Virus record (IMG/VR): IMGVR_UViG_3300048579_000388
Span: 10,454 to 74,453 of that record
Source of the DNA: a virus
Lineage: Duplodnaviria > Caudoviricetes
Length of the DNA stretch: 64,000 bases
Direction: 5' to 3' (one strand)
In this document: positions 1 through 9,104 of the stretch, one piece after another
Numbering within the stretch: the stretch's first letter is position 1
Layout of the letters: every line of letters begins with the position of its first letter
Notes under the pieces: generated by a model
Databases searched by the model: none
What the model saw: the letters and a program-made list of their open reading frames with translations, nothing else
Told to the model about the DNA's origin: nothing
Made by a program: the position numbers and the translations under genes

Positions 1-8
1 GTGATAAA

Positions 9-1097
9 ATGACCGACGAAGAGCGCCGCCCATACCTCTCCAGCTTCCAAGACCGCCACGGCAAGACCCGTTGGCGCTACCGCAGGGCAGGCAAGACGAT
101 CAGCATTCCGGGCGTGCCCGGCGAACCCGAATTCGAGGAGGCCTATCAAGCGGCCATTGAGAGCAGGGAGCCGCGCAAGGCCGTCGTTGTGCCGCACCCT
201 GGAGCCGTGGTGCCCAAGTCGTTCCGTGACGCATGGAAGCGGGTCATGCGTACGCCGGAATGGCTGCGGCTCGACGAGAAGACCAAAGGGCAGGACGTCA
301 TGCTTGCCGAGCGATTCCTTGCCATGACCGTCGTCGACGACGCGCCCGACGTTTGGGCCGATATGCTCGTGGAGGATCTCCGCCGCCGGCACCTGAAAGA
401 GGTACTGGCACGGTTCGCGGACAAGCCGCACGCCGGCAAGCATACGCTCAAGGTCATCCGGAAGATGATCAGGACCGGCCTTGACGAGGAATGGATCGAG
501 CACGACGTCTCTGCCCAGCTCACCTATCGGCCGGGCTATGTCGGTTGGCGGGCGTGGACGGACGAAGAGCAGGAAAAGTTCGAGGCGAGGTGGCCGATCG
601 GGTCGGCGGCGCGCACCTGTTACAGCTTGGCCTTATGGTTGGGCAACCGCCGCAGTGACATCGCCCGACTGACCTGGCAACAGTTCGACTTCCGCCGAGG
701 CGTTGTCACGCTTGAACAGGAGAAGGGCGGCAAGTTGCTCGTGCTGCCGATCACACCGATGCTGGCAGAAGCGCTGGCGCCGCTGCCGAGGGCAGGGGAC
801 GCGGTTCTACTTACCGCCTACGGCGACCCCTTCTCCGAGAAGAGCCTCACGGGCCGAATGGCAGATTGGACGAAAGCCGCCGGCCTGCCAAAGGGCTGCG
901 TGCTGCATGGCCTTCGAAAGACGCTCGGCAAGATGATGGCCGAAGGCGGCGCGTCAACCCGGCAGCTCATGGAGACGCTCGGGCACAGCGATATCAACCA
1001 CGCCGAGCTCTATTCCCGCGAGGCAGCACAGGCGCTTCTGGCAAAGCAGGCGATGGAGAAAGTGACCCGTCTGGTCGCGAAAAAGCGGCGTGGCTAA
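9..1097 (+). CDS. Tyrosine recombinase/integrase of a second element extending left of the window
   Basis: 362-aa ORF with catalytic-like motifs GNRRSD (R), LHGLRK (HxxR), LGHS and ELYSR (Y); ends 57 bp from the 3' end of tRNA-Glu(CTC). Confidence 0.92.
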   Translation: MTDEERRPYLSSFQDRHGKTRWRYRRAGKTISIPGVPGEPEFEEAYQAAIESREPRKAVVVPHPGAVVPKSFRDAWKRVMRTPEWLRLDEKTKGQDVMLAERFLAMTVVDDAPDVWADMLVEDLRRRHLKEVLARFADKPHAGKHTLKVIRKMIRTGLDEEWIEHDVSAQLTYRPGYVGWRAWTDEEQEKFEARWPIGSAARTCYSLALWLGNRRSDIARLTWQQFDFRRGVVTLEQEKGGKLLVLPITPMLAEALAPLPRAGDAVLLTAYGDPFSEKSLTGRMADWTKAAGLPKGCVLHGLRKTLGKMMAEGGASTRQLMETLGHSDINHAELYSREAAQALLAKQAMEKVTRLVAKKRRG

Positions 1098-1124
1098 CCG
1101 ACTGGCTAACCACCATGGCAAACC
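1091..1124 (+). repeat. Three direct 9-bp repeats TGGC(T/A)AACC, candidate integrase arm-type sites
   Basis: TGGCTAACC at 1091 and 1103, TGGCAAACC at 1116, between the integrase stop and the tRNA 3' end. Confidence 0.55.
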
Positions 1125-1154
1125 CGTATGTAAGTCATTGAAATTTAAGAATTC

Positions 1155-1229
1155 TGGTACGCCCAACGGGACTCGAACCCGTGTTACCGCCGTGAGAGGG
1201 CGGCGTCCTGACCGCTAGACGATGGGCGC
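1155..1229 (-). tRNA. tRNA-Glu (anticodon CTC)
   Basis: Reverse complement GCGCCCATCGTCTAGCGGTCAGGACGCCGCCCTCTCACGGCGGTAACACGGGTTCGAGTCCCGTTGGGCGTACCA has the cloverleaf stems, TTCGA T-loop and CCA end. Confidence 0.95.
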
Positions 1230-1297
1230 AGCGCTGACAACTATAGGCAAGGCCAAAGCCCGCTGCAAGCGTCATTGTCATGTCACGATTGTCGAAA

Positions 1298-1372
1298 TGG
1301 CACGCCCTAGGGGAGTCGAACCCCTCTTCCCAGAATGAAAATCTGGTGTCCTAACCGATAGACGAAGGGCGC
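1298..1372 (-). tRNA. tRNA-Glu (anticodon TTC), copy 1
   Basis: GCGCCCTTCGTCTATCGGTTAGGACACCAGATTTTCATTCTGGGAAGAGGGGTTCGACTCCCCTAGGGCGTGCCA. Confidence 0.95.
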
Positions 1373-1518
1373 ATCCGCTTCGATGGCGCCCTTATAACAG
1401 CGGATTCGATTCACGCAAGCGGCTCGCGGCAATTCCCTCATAAAAATTTCAAGTGATAGATGACGAAATGCCCGGAAGGCATTCAATGCATGGAATAATC
1501 GTTGGAAGAGGGAAGAGT

Positions 1519-1593
1519 TGGCACGCCCTAGGGGAGTCGAACCCCTCTTCCCAGAATGAAAATCTGGTGTCCTAACCGATAGACGAAGGGCGC
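1519..1593 (-). tRNA. tRNA-Glu (anticodon TTC), copy 2
   Basis: Identical 75-nt sequence to 1298-1372. Confidence 0.95.
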
Positions 1594-1727
1594 GCGAACG
1601 GGTGGCTTATAGCCAGCTTGTCCCTGGCCCGCAAGCGCAAATTTGCCTCCAAGCAAAGAAAATGCCCCGGAACGAATTTCCGGGGATTCCAAGCATTATC
1701 ATGACGTTAGGAGCGGTACCGGCAGCC

Positions 1728-3212
1728 TCAGCTACGCATGCGCTTCTTGCGACGGCAACGCCAGTTCCAGTCGCGCTCGCCGCCGATATCGATATGGACC
1801 GATTCCGTGTGGCAATAGGTGCCGATGCCGCCGCGCCCCGGCAAGGACCGCAGGAAGTCGGCGAGCTGCCATTTCGAGACGCCCTGCACCTGGATATCCG
1901 CCGCCGCGCACATCGTATGCAGCGAGTGGCGGACGCCGCCGGCGCGGCGGTTGCGGCGCGGGTCGCGGAAGCCGCTGGTGATGATGGCCGGGCGCTTGTA
2001 ATGGTCCTCGACCATGCGGATCATGGAAACCAGCTCGGGACGCAGGCAGCCGACATCGACCTTGTCCGTCTGAATATAGAGGCCGTTGGGCGCGACCCGC
2101 GTCATCGACGGCAGCGATGCGAGCTGCATCAGTCCCTCGGATTCGTCCTCGCCATGGTCCTCGTCCTCCAGCCCGGTCGTGGTCGGGAACATCGCATTGG
2201 TCTGCACGCCGGGAAGCGTGTCGTCGCTCAGGGCGGCGGTCTGCATGTTCGGGATACCGCGCGTCACGCGCTTTTTCTTCTTGCCGAACCGGTCGCCGTC
2301 AAAATCGTCGGAGTCGGTCTTGCGGAAGAGATCCGCGAGCGTCAGCGGCTTCTTCTCCGTCGTCCTGCGGGTCGCGGGCAGGCTGTTGGTCGCCAGTTCG
2401 GCCTGCACCGCCGCCAGATCGGCCGAGGCGACTTCCTGTGTCGCGATCTTTTCCGGCTCCGCCAGCGCATTTGCGGCGATCGCCGCATTGGCGTCGAGGA
2501 TCGGAATTTCGGTATCGCCCATGGCGACCTTCTGGACTTCCTCGACTTCATCGGAATCGGGCATGGGCACGGCCATCCGCTCGGCAAGGCTGTCGTAGCT
2601 CGGCACCGCCGCGGCGGGGTCCGTCGCCTGCATGGTGGCCGCGGCGTCGGCGGCGATCACCGCCTCGACGCTGTTGTTGCTGAAAAGGCTCGCCTTGGTC
2701 GCATCCACCGGCTGGTTGACGACGCGGGCGCTTTTCTGCGTCACGCCCTGGTCGATGAATTGGTTGCCGTCGGTCGAGAAGATGCTGCTGCGGGTCGCCG
2801 CGATGTTCCGCGGCTGTGCGAGCAGGCCCTGCTGCTCGGCCTGCGCCTGCTCGCCGCCGTCGACCGTAGCCGTATCGAGCGATTCGACATCGGCCTGCGC
2901 CTGCTGTTCGATCTCGGATGCGGGAGCGTTGTCGGCCTGCTGCCGGGCCGCGAGCTCGGCGAGCGTGGAAGGAGTGCTGTTGGCGTTGGTTTCGATCTGC
3001 GCGAGCTGGTCGGCGGGAGAGGACATGCAGCCGCCCAGTCCAAGCATGGTGGCGGCTAGGAGCGCACAGGACAGCAACCGGGTGTTCGCGCTCTTGATCC
3101 GGTACTCAGGCAAAATCCGTCCCACCCTGTTCAGTATGGCTTTTGACTCCGGCGGAATGTGTTTAGACACAAAATCGCGGAATGTAAACCACGGTAAAAT
3201 TGTCGTGATCAC
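1728..3212 (-). CDS. Lipoprotein with C-terminal peptidase M15/YcbK-like metallopeptidase domain (host gene); true start uncertain, possibly GTG at 3125
   Basis: Lipobox-like LGGC; C-terminal TSGFRDPRRN...SLHTMCAAADI...SVHIDIG motif. Confidence 0.8.
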   Translation of the reverse strand: MITTILPWFTFRDFVSKHIPPESKAILNRVGRILPEYRIKSANTRLLSCALLAATMLGLGGCMSSPADQLAQIETNANSTPSTLAELAARQQADNAPASEIEQQAQADVESLDTATVDGGEQAQAEQQGLLAQPRNIAATRSSIFSTDGNQFIDQGVTQKSARVVNQPVDATKASLFSNNSVEAVIAADAAATMQATDPAAAVPSYDSLAERMAVPMPDSDEVEEVQKVAMGDTEIPILDANAAIAANALAEPEKIATQEVASADLAAVQAELATNSLPATRRTTEKKPLTLADLFRKTDSDDFDGDRFGKKKKRVTRGIPNMQTAALSDDTLPGVQTNAMFPTTTGLEDEDHGEDESEGLMQLASLPSMTRVAPNGLYIQTDKVDVGCLRPELVSMIRMVEDHYKRPAIITSGFRDPRRNRRAGGVRHSLHTMCAAADIQVQGVSKWQLADFLRSLPGRGGIGTYCHTESVHIDIGGERDWNWRCRRKKRMRS

Positions 3213-3338
3213 CGCCCCGGAACGCTAGGCCGCCTGCCTTGCCCGAAACCAGCGGCACGGGCGCCCGGCAAACCCGTTGCCTGTCCAATGCGGCGAAAGC
3301 GCGGTTCATCCGGTCCGGAGCTTGTGCCAGGCTTGCGG

Positions 3339-3779
3339 CTACCACTTGCCCGTGTTGGGCATGGAGAGCCAGGGTTCGGCCGGGGCAAGCGCGCTGCCTT
3401 TCTGCAGGATCTCGATCGAGATGCCGTCGGGCGAACGGACGAAGGCCATGCGCCCGTCGCGCGGCGGACGGTTGATGGTGACGCCTTTTGCCTGCAGGTG
3501 GGCGCATAGCGCATAGATATCGTCGACTTCATAGGCGAGATGGCCGAAATTGCGGCCGCCGGCATAGTCCTCCGGGTCCCAGTTATAGGTGAGTTCGATC
3601 GTGGGCGTGCTGCTTTCCCGTGCGCTCGCCACGTCGTCAGTGGAGGCGAGGAAGATCAGAGTATAGCGGCCGGCCTCGTTCACGTGCCGGCGAATCTCCA
3701 CCATGCCGAGCTTGTCGCAATAGAAGTCGAGGGACTGGTCGATGTCCGTCACGCGGACCATGGTGTGGAGATAGCGCAT
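3339..3779 (-). CDS. gloA: Lactoylglutathione lyase (glyoxalase I, VOC family)
   Basis: [10 protein letters not shown]...IELTYNWD...[11 protein letters not shown]...[10 protein letters not shown]; GAGAGGA SD upstream of ATG at 3779. Confidence 0.9.
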   Translation of the reverse strand: MRYLHTMVRVTDIDQSLDFYCDKLGMVEIRRHVNEAGRYTLIFLASTDDVASARESSTPTIELTYNWDPEDYAGGRNFGHLAYEVDDIYALCAHLQAKGVTINRPPRDGRMAFVRSPDGISIEILQKGSALAPAEPWLSMPNTGKW

Positions 3780-3968
3780 GGGAGTTCCTCTCTGGTGATT
3801 TGGCGCCGGGAATTTGGACAGAAAGACAGCCTGAGGCAAGCCATTTATGGGATCAGATGTCCTGGGTTTTTTGCCTACCGGGACTTGCATCTGTATCATT
3901 TCGGGATGTTAATCTCAGTTCTGAAGAATCAGTTAACCGGTATGTGGCGTAAGTAGGGGCGAGGCAGG

Positions 3969-4547
3969 ATGGCGGATAGGATTTCTTCAAAGAGTGTTTC
4001 TCTCTTCGAGGACATGGCTGCCGAGCCGGTTGACCTGATCGAAATCACCGGCGTCATCAAATGGTTCGATGTCGCAAAGGGTTTCGGCTTCATCGTGCCG
4101 GACAACGGACAGGCCGATGTCCTGCTGCACGTGACATGTCTGCGCCGCGACGGCTATCAGACGATCCTCGAGGGAACGCGCGTGGTCGCGCTGATCCAGA
4201 AGCGTGATCGCGGCTATCAGGCCTTCCGCATTCTGTCGATGGACACGTCGACCGCGGTCCATCCCTCGCAGCTTCCGCCGGTGCGCACGCATGTCCAGGT
4301 GACGCCGTCGAGCGGCCTCGAGCGCGCTATCGTCAAGTGGTTCAACCGCACCAAGGGTTTTGGCTTTTTGACGCGCGGCGAGGGGACCGAGGACATTTTC
4401 GTCCATATGGAGACGCTTCGCCGCTACGGCATTACCGAGTTGCGCCCCGGCCAGAGCGTGCTGGTTCGCTTCGGCGACGGCGACAAAGGCCTGATGGCCG
4501 CCGAAATCCATCCCGACGTCGTCAATCCCGTGAACCGGGCTCATTGA
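3969..4547 (+). CDS. Cold-shock protein with two tandem CSD domains
   Basis: Two copies of VKWF...KGFGFI/L...D(V/I)(L/F)(L/V)H. Confidence 0.92.
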   Translation: MADRISSKSVSLFEDMAAEPVDLIEITGVIKWFDVAKGFGFIVPDNGQADVLLHVTCLRRDGYQTILEGTRVVALIQKRDRGYQAFRILSMDTSTAVHPSQLPPVRTHVQVTPSSGLERAIVKWFNRTKGFGFLTRGEGTEDIFVHMETLRRYGITELRPGQSVLVRFGDGDKGLMAAEIHPDVVNPVNRAH

Positions 4548-4549
4548 GC

Positions 4550-5035
4550 ATGACGCTGTCGCTGCGGTCGATACCGAGCGCCCTCGTGGCGCTCTTTCTG
4601 TTTGGCCTGGTCGCGGGATCGGCCTTTTCCGCGACCTTTTCCACCGAGGCGCTGACGATCCGCCGGTTCGACGGCACGACGGCGGTCTTCACCGTCGAGC
4701 TCGCGCTCTCCGCCGACCAGCGCGCGCAGGGGCTGATGAACCGCAAGGCGATGGCGGACGATCGCGGCATGCTCTTCGATTTCGGCCTCAGCCGCCGCGT
4801 GGCGATGTGGATGAAGAACACCTACCTGCCGCTCGACATGCTGTTCATCCGTGCGGACGGTACCATCACGCGGGTGGCATCCGACACCGTGCCGCTGTCC
4901 GAGGCGATCATCGATTCCGGGGAGCCGGTCCATTTCGTTCTCGAGCTCAATGCCGGAACGGCCGCAAAGCTCGGAATTGCTTTCGGCGACAAGGTCGAGA
5001 GCGCCACCATCGCGGCGGCCGCGGCAAAGCCCTGA
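4550..5035 (+). CDS. DUF192-family exported protein
   Basis: Signal-peptide-like N-terminus; GLMNRKAMADDRGMLF...WMKNTYLPLDMLF...VLELNAG. Confidence 0.88.
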   Translation: MTLSLRSIPSALVALFLFGLVAGSAFSATFSTEALTIRRFDGTTAVFTVELALSADQRAQGLMNRKAMADDRGMLFDFGLSRRVAMWMKNTYLPLDMLFIRADGTITRVASDTVPLSEAIIDSGEPVHFVLELNAGTAAKLGIAFGDKVESATIAAAAAKP

Positions 5036-5098
5036 AGAACCGGTTTTTTCGGTTGCGGGCCGGGGTCGGTTTGTGTAATCCAGCGGCATCGGACGGCA

Positions 5099-5176
<78 letters not shown>

Positions 5177-5193
5177 CGAAGCCTTTGAAAAGG

Positions 5194-6456
5194 CTATTCA
5201 TTTTTTCCTCCATCGATAATCCGGACCTTGCCTTGTGAGTGCATTGTGGGAGCAAGCAGGCTTCTGCGGGTGTACTTTTGGAGCTTGAGGATGATCTCTT
5301 CGGTCGCGCGAGCGGGCGCGTCGAGGTAGTCGGGATCGAATTTTTCATACCAATCCGTCGTCGACGAGCCGCTGCGAACCCGGTGGCCGAGCCATAGGGA
5401 TCGCTGCTCACGCGACACGGCGACCTTGGTGCGGCGCATGTAGGACGCGATGAAGTGGCGCAGGATGTAGCAGGTCATCTCAGGCATCCAGCCGGGATAG
5501 ATGATCTCGCCGGAATCGCTCACGCGTTGGTCGCGGCGGCCGATCTTGTTGATGCGCTTTTCGACGACGTCCTGATAGCCGGCGATGGGACGATCGTCCT
5601 TCCAGTGCTCCAGCCATGCGGCCAACTGCGTCGTCAGCCGGAGGACAGGCCGGCGTTTCTTGGTCTGGCGGCGGCCCTTCGGGTTGAGATCGATGAGACC
5701 GAATTCATAGTCGACCTGCTCGCTCACGCGCAGATCGAAGATGGCTTCATTGCGCGCCGCCGTGTTGAGGGCGATGATGACATAGCGGAAATCATCATCC
5801 TCCTCGATCCTGTCAATCCACTTGCCGAGCTCCTGGAAGGTCGGCAGGTATTCGCGCGGGCCGTTGATGTTGAGGCCGAGGTAGTTGGCGATCTCGGCTT
5901 CGTCGCAAAAGACCGGGACCGATTCATCGAGCAGGCGCACTTCTGTCTCCTCGTCGTCGACCATGATGATCTGCGGCAGGGCGCAATAGTTAAGCGCGGC
6001 GCGCACCGAAATCATGTAGGTCGAGATGGATTTAGGCGTGAGGCCGGCGTGGCGGGCCATATGCGACCAGACCTTCTGCTGATTGATGCGGGTGAGACGG
6101 GCGACGGTTGGCACGAGCTCGATCGTCGTCATGGCATCGTTGACCAGCTGGGCCGCGCGGCGGGCGGCCGCCATCTGCTTATAGCCTGCCGGCTCGGCCT
6201 TGTATTTCAGGTAGTGGGCGAGGGCGTCGACGAGATAGACCTGGCTCGGGGCTTTGGAGGAGATGCCTTTGCCGGCGAGAGCTTCGATGAGTTCGTCTTT
6301 TGCGTCGGGTAGATCAGTTGCAAGGAGCGCTTTACGCTTAACGCGTCGGCTTCCGTCATCATACCAATATCGGTAGTAGCCGGGCCGTCCTGGCTCTTGT
6401 CCGATCCATTGTCCCTTATATTCGAAGAGCCCCCGAGATCCTCGCTCTCGTCGCAT
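5194..6456 (-). CDS. int: Prophage integrase (tyrosine recombinase)
   Basis: NTAARNEAIFDL (R), YILRH, WLGH and DWY motifs; ends 17 bp inside attL; start taken at MRRERG (6456). Confidence 0.88.
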   Translation of the reverse strand: MRRERGSRGLFEYKGQWIGQEPGRPGYYRYWYDDGSRRVKRKALLATDLPDAKDELIEALAGKGISSKAPSQVYLVDALAHYLKYKAEPAGYKQMAAARRAAQLVNDAMTTIELVPTVARLTRINQQKVWSHMARHAGLTPKSISTYMISVRAALNYCALPQIIMVDDEETEVRLLDESVPVFCDEAEIANYLGLNINGPREYLPTFQELGKWIDRIEEDDDFRYVIIALNTAARNEAIFDLRVSEQVDYEFGLIDLNPKGRRQTKKRRPVLRLTTQLAAWLEHWKDDRPIAGYQDVVEKRINKIGRRDQRVSDSGEIIYPGWMPEMTCYILRHFIASYMRRTKVAVSREQRSLWLGHRVRSGSSTTDWYEKFDPDYLDAPARATEEIILKLQKYTRRSLLAPTMHSQGKVRIIDGGKNE

Positions 6457-6653
6457 GTAAAATCCTCGTTGAAGGCGCGCTCGAGATCGCTGCGCGCGTA
6501 GACCTGCTTCCCCTGCCTGCCGCTGAACACCCGGATCATGCGGGCCTTGCGCCAGCGCGAGATGATTTGTGCGCTCAGCCATGGGTAGTCGTCAAGCGCA
6601 GCGTCATGGGTGATCAGGTCGGCAAAAGTCACGGGCTGGAACGGCTGGGTCAT
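6207..6653 (-). CDS. Putative excisionase/HTH DNA-binding protein; its 3' part overlaps int
   Basis: Position upstream of int; HTH-like segment LSAQIISRWRKARMIRVF...VYARSDLE. Confidence 0.55.
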   Translation of the reverse strand: MTQPFQPVTFADLITHDAALDDYPWLSAQIISRWRKARMIRVFSGRQGKQVYARSDLERAFNEDFTCDESEDLGGSSNIRDNGSDKSQDGPATTDIGMMTEADALSVKRSLQLIYPTQKTNSSKLSPAKASPPKPRARSISSTPSPTT

Positions 6654-6892
6654 TTCTTCACCGCTCGGCTGAGGTGGGTGGCATAGGCGCCCACGGCCTT
6701 CCAGTAAGCTGCCATCGGCGCCTTGTTTCGTTTCCAGCTCACTTGAGCGCGTTCGCGAGCGTCGGCGCCAAGCTCTTTGAAGATATCGGCCAGAACGGCG
6801 CGCGCGGCCGGATCAAGTTCCTTAAGTCGGGCGGCGGAGGGTAGACCCAGGACGGGGTTCCGAACCTCTGGTTTTGAAGATCTGTCGCTCAT
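6650..6892 (-). CDS. Hypothetical phage protein
   Basis: ORF with ATGA overlaps to both neighbours. Confidence 0.6.
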   Translation of the reverse strand: MSDRSSKPEVRNPVLGLPSAARLKELDPAARAVLADIFKELGADARERAQVSWKRNKAPMAAYWKAVGAYATHLSRAVKK

Positions 6893-7245
6893 GGCGAAAC
6901 CTCTTCGCACATGGGAATCGATCTAGCGCGGTCGCGTCTGCGGCAGTTTTCTTTATGAGTGACCAGCTCGAGATGCGTTCGGCCATTTTCATCGATGTCC
7001 GGTCGAACACAGAGGCGATTCCTGCAGACGTGGTCGAGCTGCTTCTTCCCCGGCACGAAGCCGTGCTCATTGGTCCACATGACGATGTGAACGGCGACGG
7101 TCTGGCCGTCGAGCGACATGCGCGGATAGTTCTTGCCGCGGCCGCTGTCGCCGGAGGTCGGCCCAGTCCAGACGTAGCAGCCGGTTAGCTCGTCGATGAC
7201 GACGCGAGACATGACCTTTTCGCGGATGCGCTGGCGGCTGCTCAT
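6889..7245 (-). CDS. HNH endonuclease family protein
   Basis: GCYVWTG...YPRMSL...AVHIV...DHVCRNRLCVRPD...HLELVTHKEN. Confidence 0.88.
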   Translation of the reverse strand: MSSRQRIREKVMSRVVIDELTGCYVWTGPTSGDSGRGKNYPRMSLDGQTVAVHIVMWTNEHGFVPGKKQLDHVCRNRLCVRPDIDENGRTHLELVTHKENCRRRDRARSIPMCEEVSP

Positions 7246-7278
7246 ATTACAGCCGCCCTCGTAGTTTTCATTTGGCGA

Positions 7279-7455
7279 TTATTCATGGGGAAGCCTCATG
7301 TAGGCAATCTGAGTGCATGTGATTACTGCCCTTGAGACCGCGTCGACGCCCCAATCTCTTTCAAGGAGTTTGAGTTGCCGTTGGATATCCTTGGCGGTGA
7401 CGTCGCTGCACTTGAAAAGTGCATCTACAACGTTCACAAGCTCCTTATCGGTCAT
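7279..7455 (-). CDS. Small hypothetical protein
   Basis: AGGAG SD before ATG at 7455 (MTDKELVNVV); lower GC than its flanks. Confidence 0.5.
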   Translation of the reverse strand: MTDKELVNVVDALFKCSDVTAKDIQRQLKLLERDWGVDAVSRAVITCTQIAYMRLPHE

Positions 7456-7469
7456 TTGAAAGCTCCTAA

Positions 7470-8174
7470 ATGTTTCATGTTCCACAACACTGCGGACGCT
7501 GCGGTCACCTCGTCGATTTCAGATTCAGGAACGTCTGGCAGGTCGCCATGAGGCCGATAGTGTCTGAGCCCGTGCCGGCGTCGAGGGTTGCGCGAGCGAT
7601 CGCTTCCGACAATCTCGGTCCTGATGTGAAGGGAGCGGCGGTCGCCTTCTGTCCGAGGTGCTATTTGCCAAGTCTGATCGACTTCACCACGAAGGAGCGC
7701 TACCTCGACGGCATTATTGGAAATCTTGCGAGCGAAGAGGGATTGATGGGTGGTCCGGACCTTGTGAAGGTTACGGCCGTCTACCCGCCCGAAGCCAAGC
7801 CAGATGAAGATCAGGACTGGCCTTCTGACATCGCTCCGATCTTTCGCGACGCCCAGAAAATGCTTTCTCAGCAGATGACACCGTCCCTGATCATATCGGC
7901 ATGCCGATCGGTCCTGGATATGGCCACAGCCCAATTGCTGCAGGGAACGCCAGAAAAGGTTCTCATGCGCCGCATCGAGCGACTTCATGCCGATGGGGTT
8001 ATCACGAAGCCGATTGCGGATTGGGCTCACCAGATTCGCATCGACGGTAATGAATCCGTCCATGAAGGAAGGGGTGAGGTCGAGGATGCGCGCGTTTACG
8101 TGCAATTCCTGAAGATCTTTCTGAATGTCGCCTTCAGCCTTCCGATGGCCATCGACCGAAAGAAGAACCCCTAG
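7470..8174 (+). CDS. DUF4145-domain protein with N-terminal CxxC pairs, antisense to the early operon
   Basis: HCGRCG and FCPRC; C-terminal ACRSVLD...LMRRIERL...WAHQIRIDGNESVH (RxxGNxxxH-like). Confidence 0.78.
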   Translation: MFHVPQHCGRCGHLVDFRFRNVWQVAMRPIVSEPVPASRVARAIASDNLGPDVKGAAVAFCPRCYLPSLIDFTTKERYLDGIIGNLASEEGLMGGPDLVKVTAVYPPEAKPDEDQDWPSDIAPIFRDAQKMLSQQMTPSLIISACRSVLDMATAQLLQGTPEKVLMRRIERLHADGVITKPIADWAHQIRIDGNESVHEGRGEVEDARVYVQFLKIFLNVAFSLPMAIDRKKNP

Positions 8175-8175
8175 T

Positions 8176-8877
8176 CTAGCGCGCATATGACGATCCTCCG
8201 TCGTCACTCCACGCCGCGATGGCGACGGGTGCGATCTGTGCGGCGAGCGTCCGCATCGCCTCGGCGTAGAGGCGGATCTCGTATTGCGCGTGAGGATCCA
8301 TGCGCAGGTCGAGAAAGCCGAGAAGGTTGCGCAGGTCGACCTTGGCGAACATGTGGCTGTAGGTCGAGACGGGCAGGAGCGCGCGCGCGAGCTCTCGCGG
8401 CCAACCTTTGTCGAGCAGAGTGCGATAATGCTTGAAGGCACGTTCGCAGCTCGCGCGGTAGAGCTCTACCTCGTGGAAGCGATTACCGATATCGTCTTCG
8501 GTACGAAGTGCCTCGCGGCCCTGCTTGTTCGACGTCGACTGCTTTCCGATCTCGAGGAAGTCGGGCACGTAAAATTCTTCCGGCAGCTCGCGGTAGCGAG
8601 CCGAGAGTTCGTTGAAGGCCCAGGTCCGGTGGCGATGCCATTGGCGGAAGACGAAGATCGGCGCCTTGACTTCGAACTGGAACTCGACCGCCTCGAACGG
8701 CGAGGTGTGCCGGTCACGCCATAGGCGGCGGATCAGGCGGGTATCGGATCCTTCGTTCTCTCCGGCGCGCCACGCCGCGTCATAGGAGACGCGGGCCGCG
8801 CGCACGATCGAGAGATCGCCGCCCATATGGTCGACGAGGCGGACGAATCCGTGATCGAGGACGTCGATCTTGTTCAT
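8176..8877 (-). CDS. thyX: FAD-dependent thymidylate synthase
   Basis: ThyX signature RHRX7SXR (RHRTWAFNELSAR), HTSPFE, HAQYEIR. Confidence 0.95.
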   Translation of the reverse strand: MNKIDVLDHGFVRLVDHMGGDLSIVRAARVSYDAAWRAGENEGSDTRLIRRLWRDRHTSPFEAVEFQFEVKAPIFVFRQWHRHRTWAFNELSARYRELPEEFYVPDFLEIGKQSTSNKQGREALRTEDDIGNRFHEVELYRASCERAFKHYRTLLDKGWPRELARALLPVSTYSHMFAKVDLRNLLGFLDLRMDPHAQYEIRLYAEAMRTLAAQIAPVAIAAWSDDGGSSYAR

Positions 8878-9104
8878 GATGGGTTCCTTTTCAGATAATC
8901 AGCCAGTCGAGCGGCATACCAAGCCGATTTTTCGTAGTCCTCGGCGCCGTTCTTCTTTGATGCGCGCGCCTGGTATTTGATGATGTTGAACTTCATGGCG
9001 CCGAAGAATTCGTCGCGGCTGAGCCACGCCTCGAGGACCTTGATGACCTCGTAGGGGTTTTCTGCGCCCCCATAGTGGGATGGATGGTCGACTGCGGCGC
9101 TCAT
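8874..9104 (-). CDS. DUF3310 (SaV-like) phage protein
   Basis: VDHPSHY...GAMKFNIIKYQARASKKNGAEDYEKSAWY; ATGA overlaps with the RT stop and the thyX start. Confidence 0.85.
   Translation of the reverse strand: MSAAVDHPSHYGGAENPYEVIKVLEAWLSRDEFFGAMKFNIIKYQARASKKNGAEDYEKSAWYAARLADYLKRNPS

Noticed and set aside
1298-1593. Duplicated tRNA-Glu(TTC) as an att-site duplication
   Set aside because: Both copies are full-length and identical with only ~146 bp between them and no cargo; this fits an ordinary tandem tRNA pair.
1602-3059. 485-aa plus-strand ORF and similar long antisense ORFs (e.g. 42610-44763, 34506-36197, 25341-26798)
   Set aside because: They are shadow frames opposite well-supported genes in GC-rich DNA, with no recognisable motifs.
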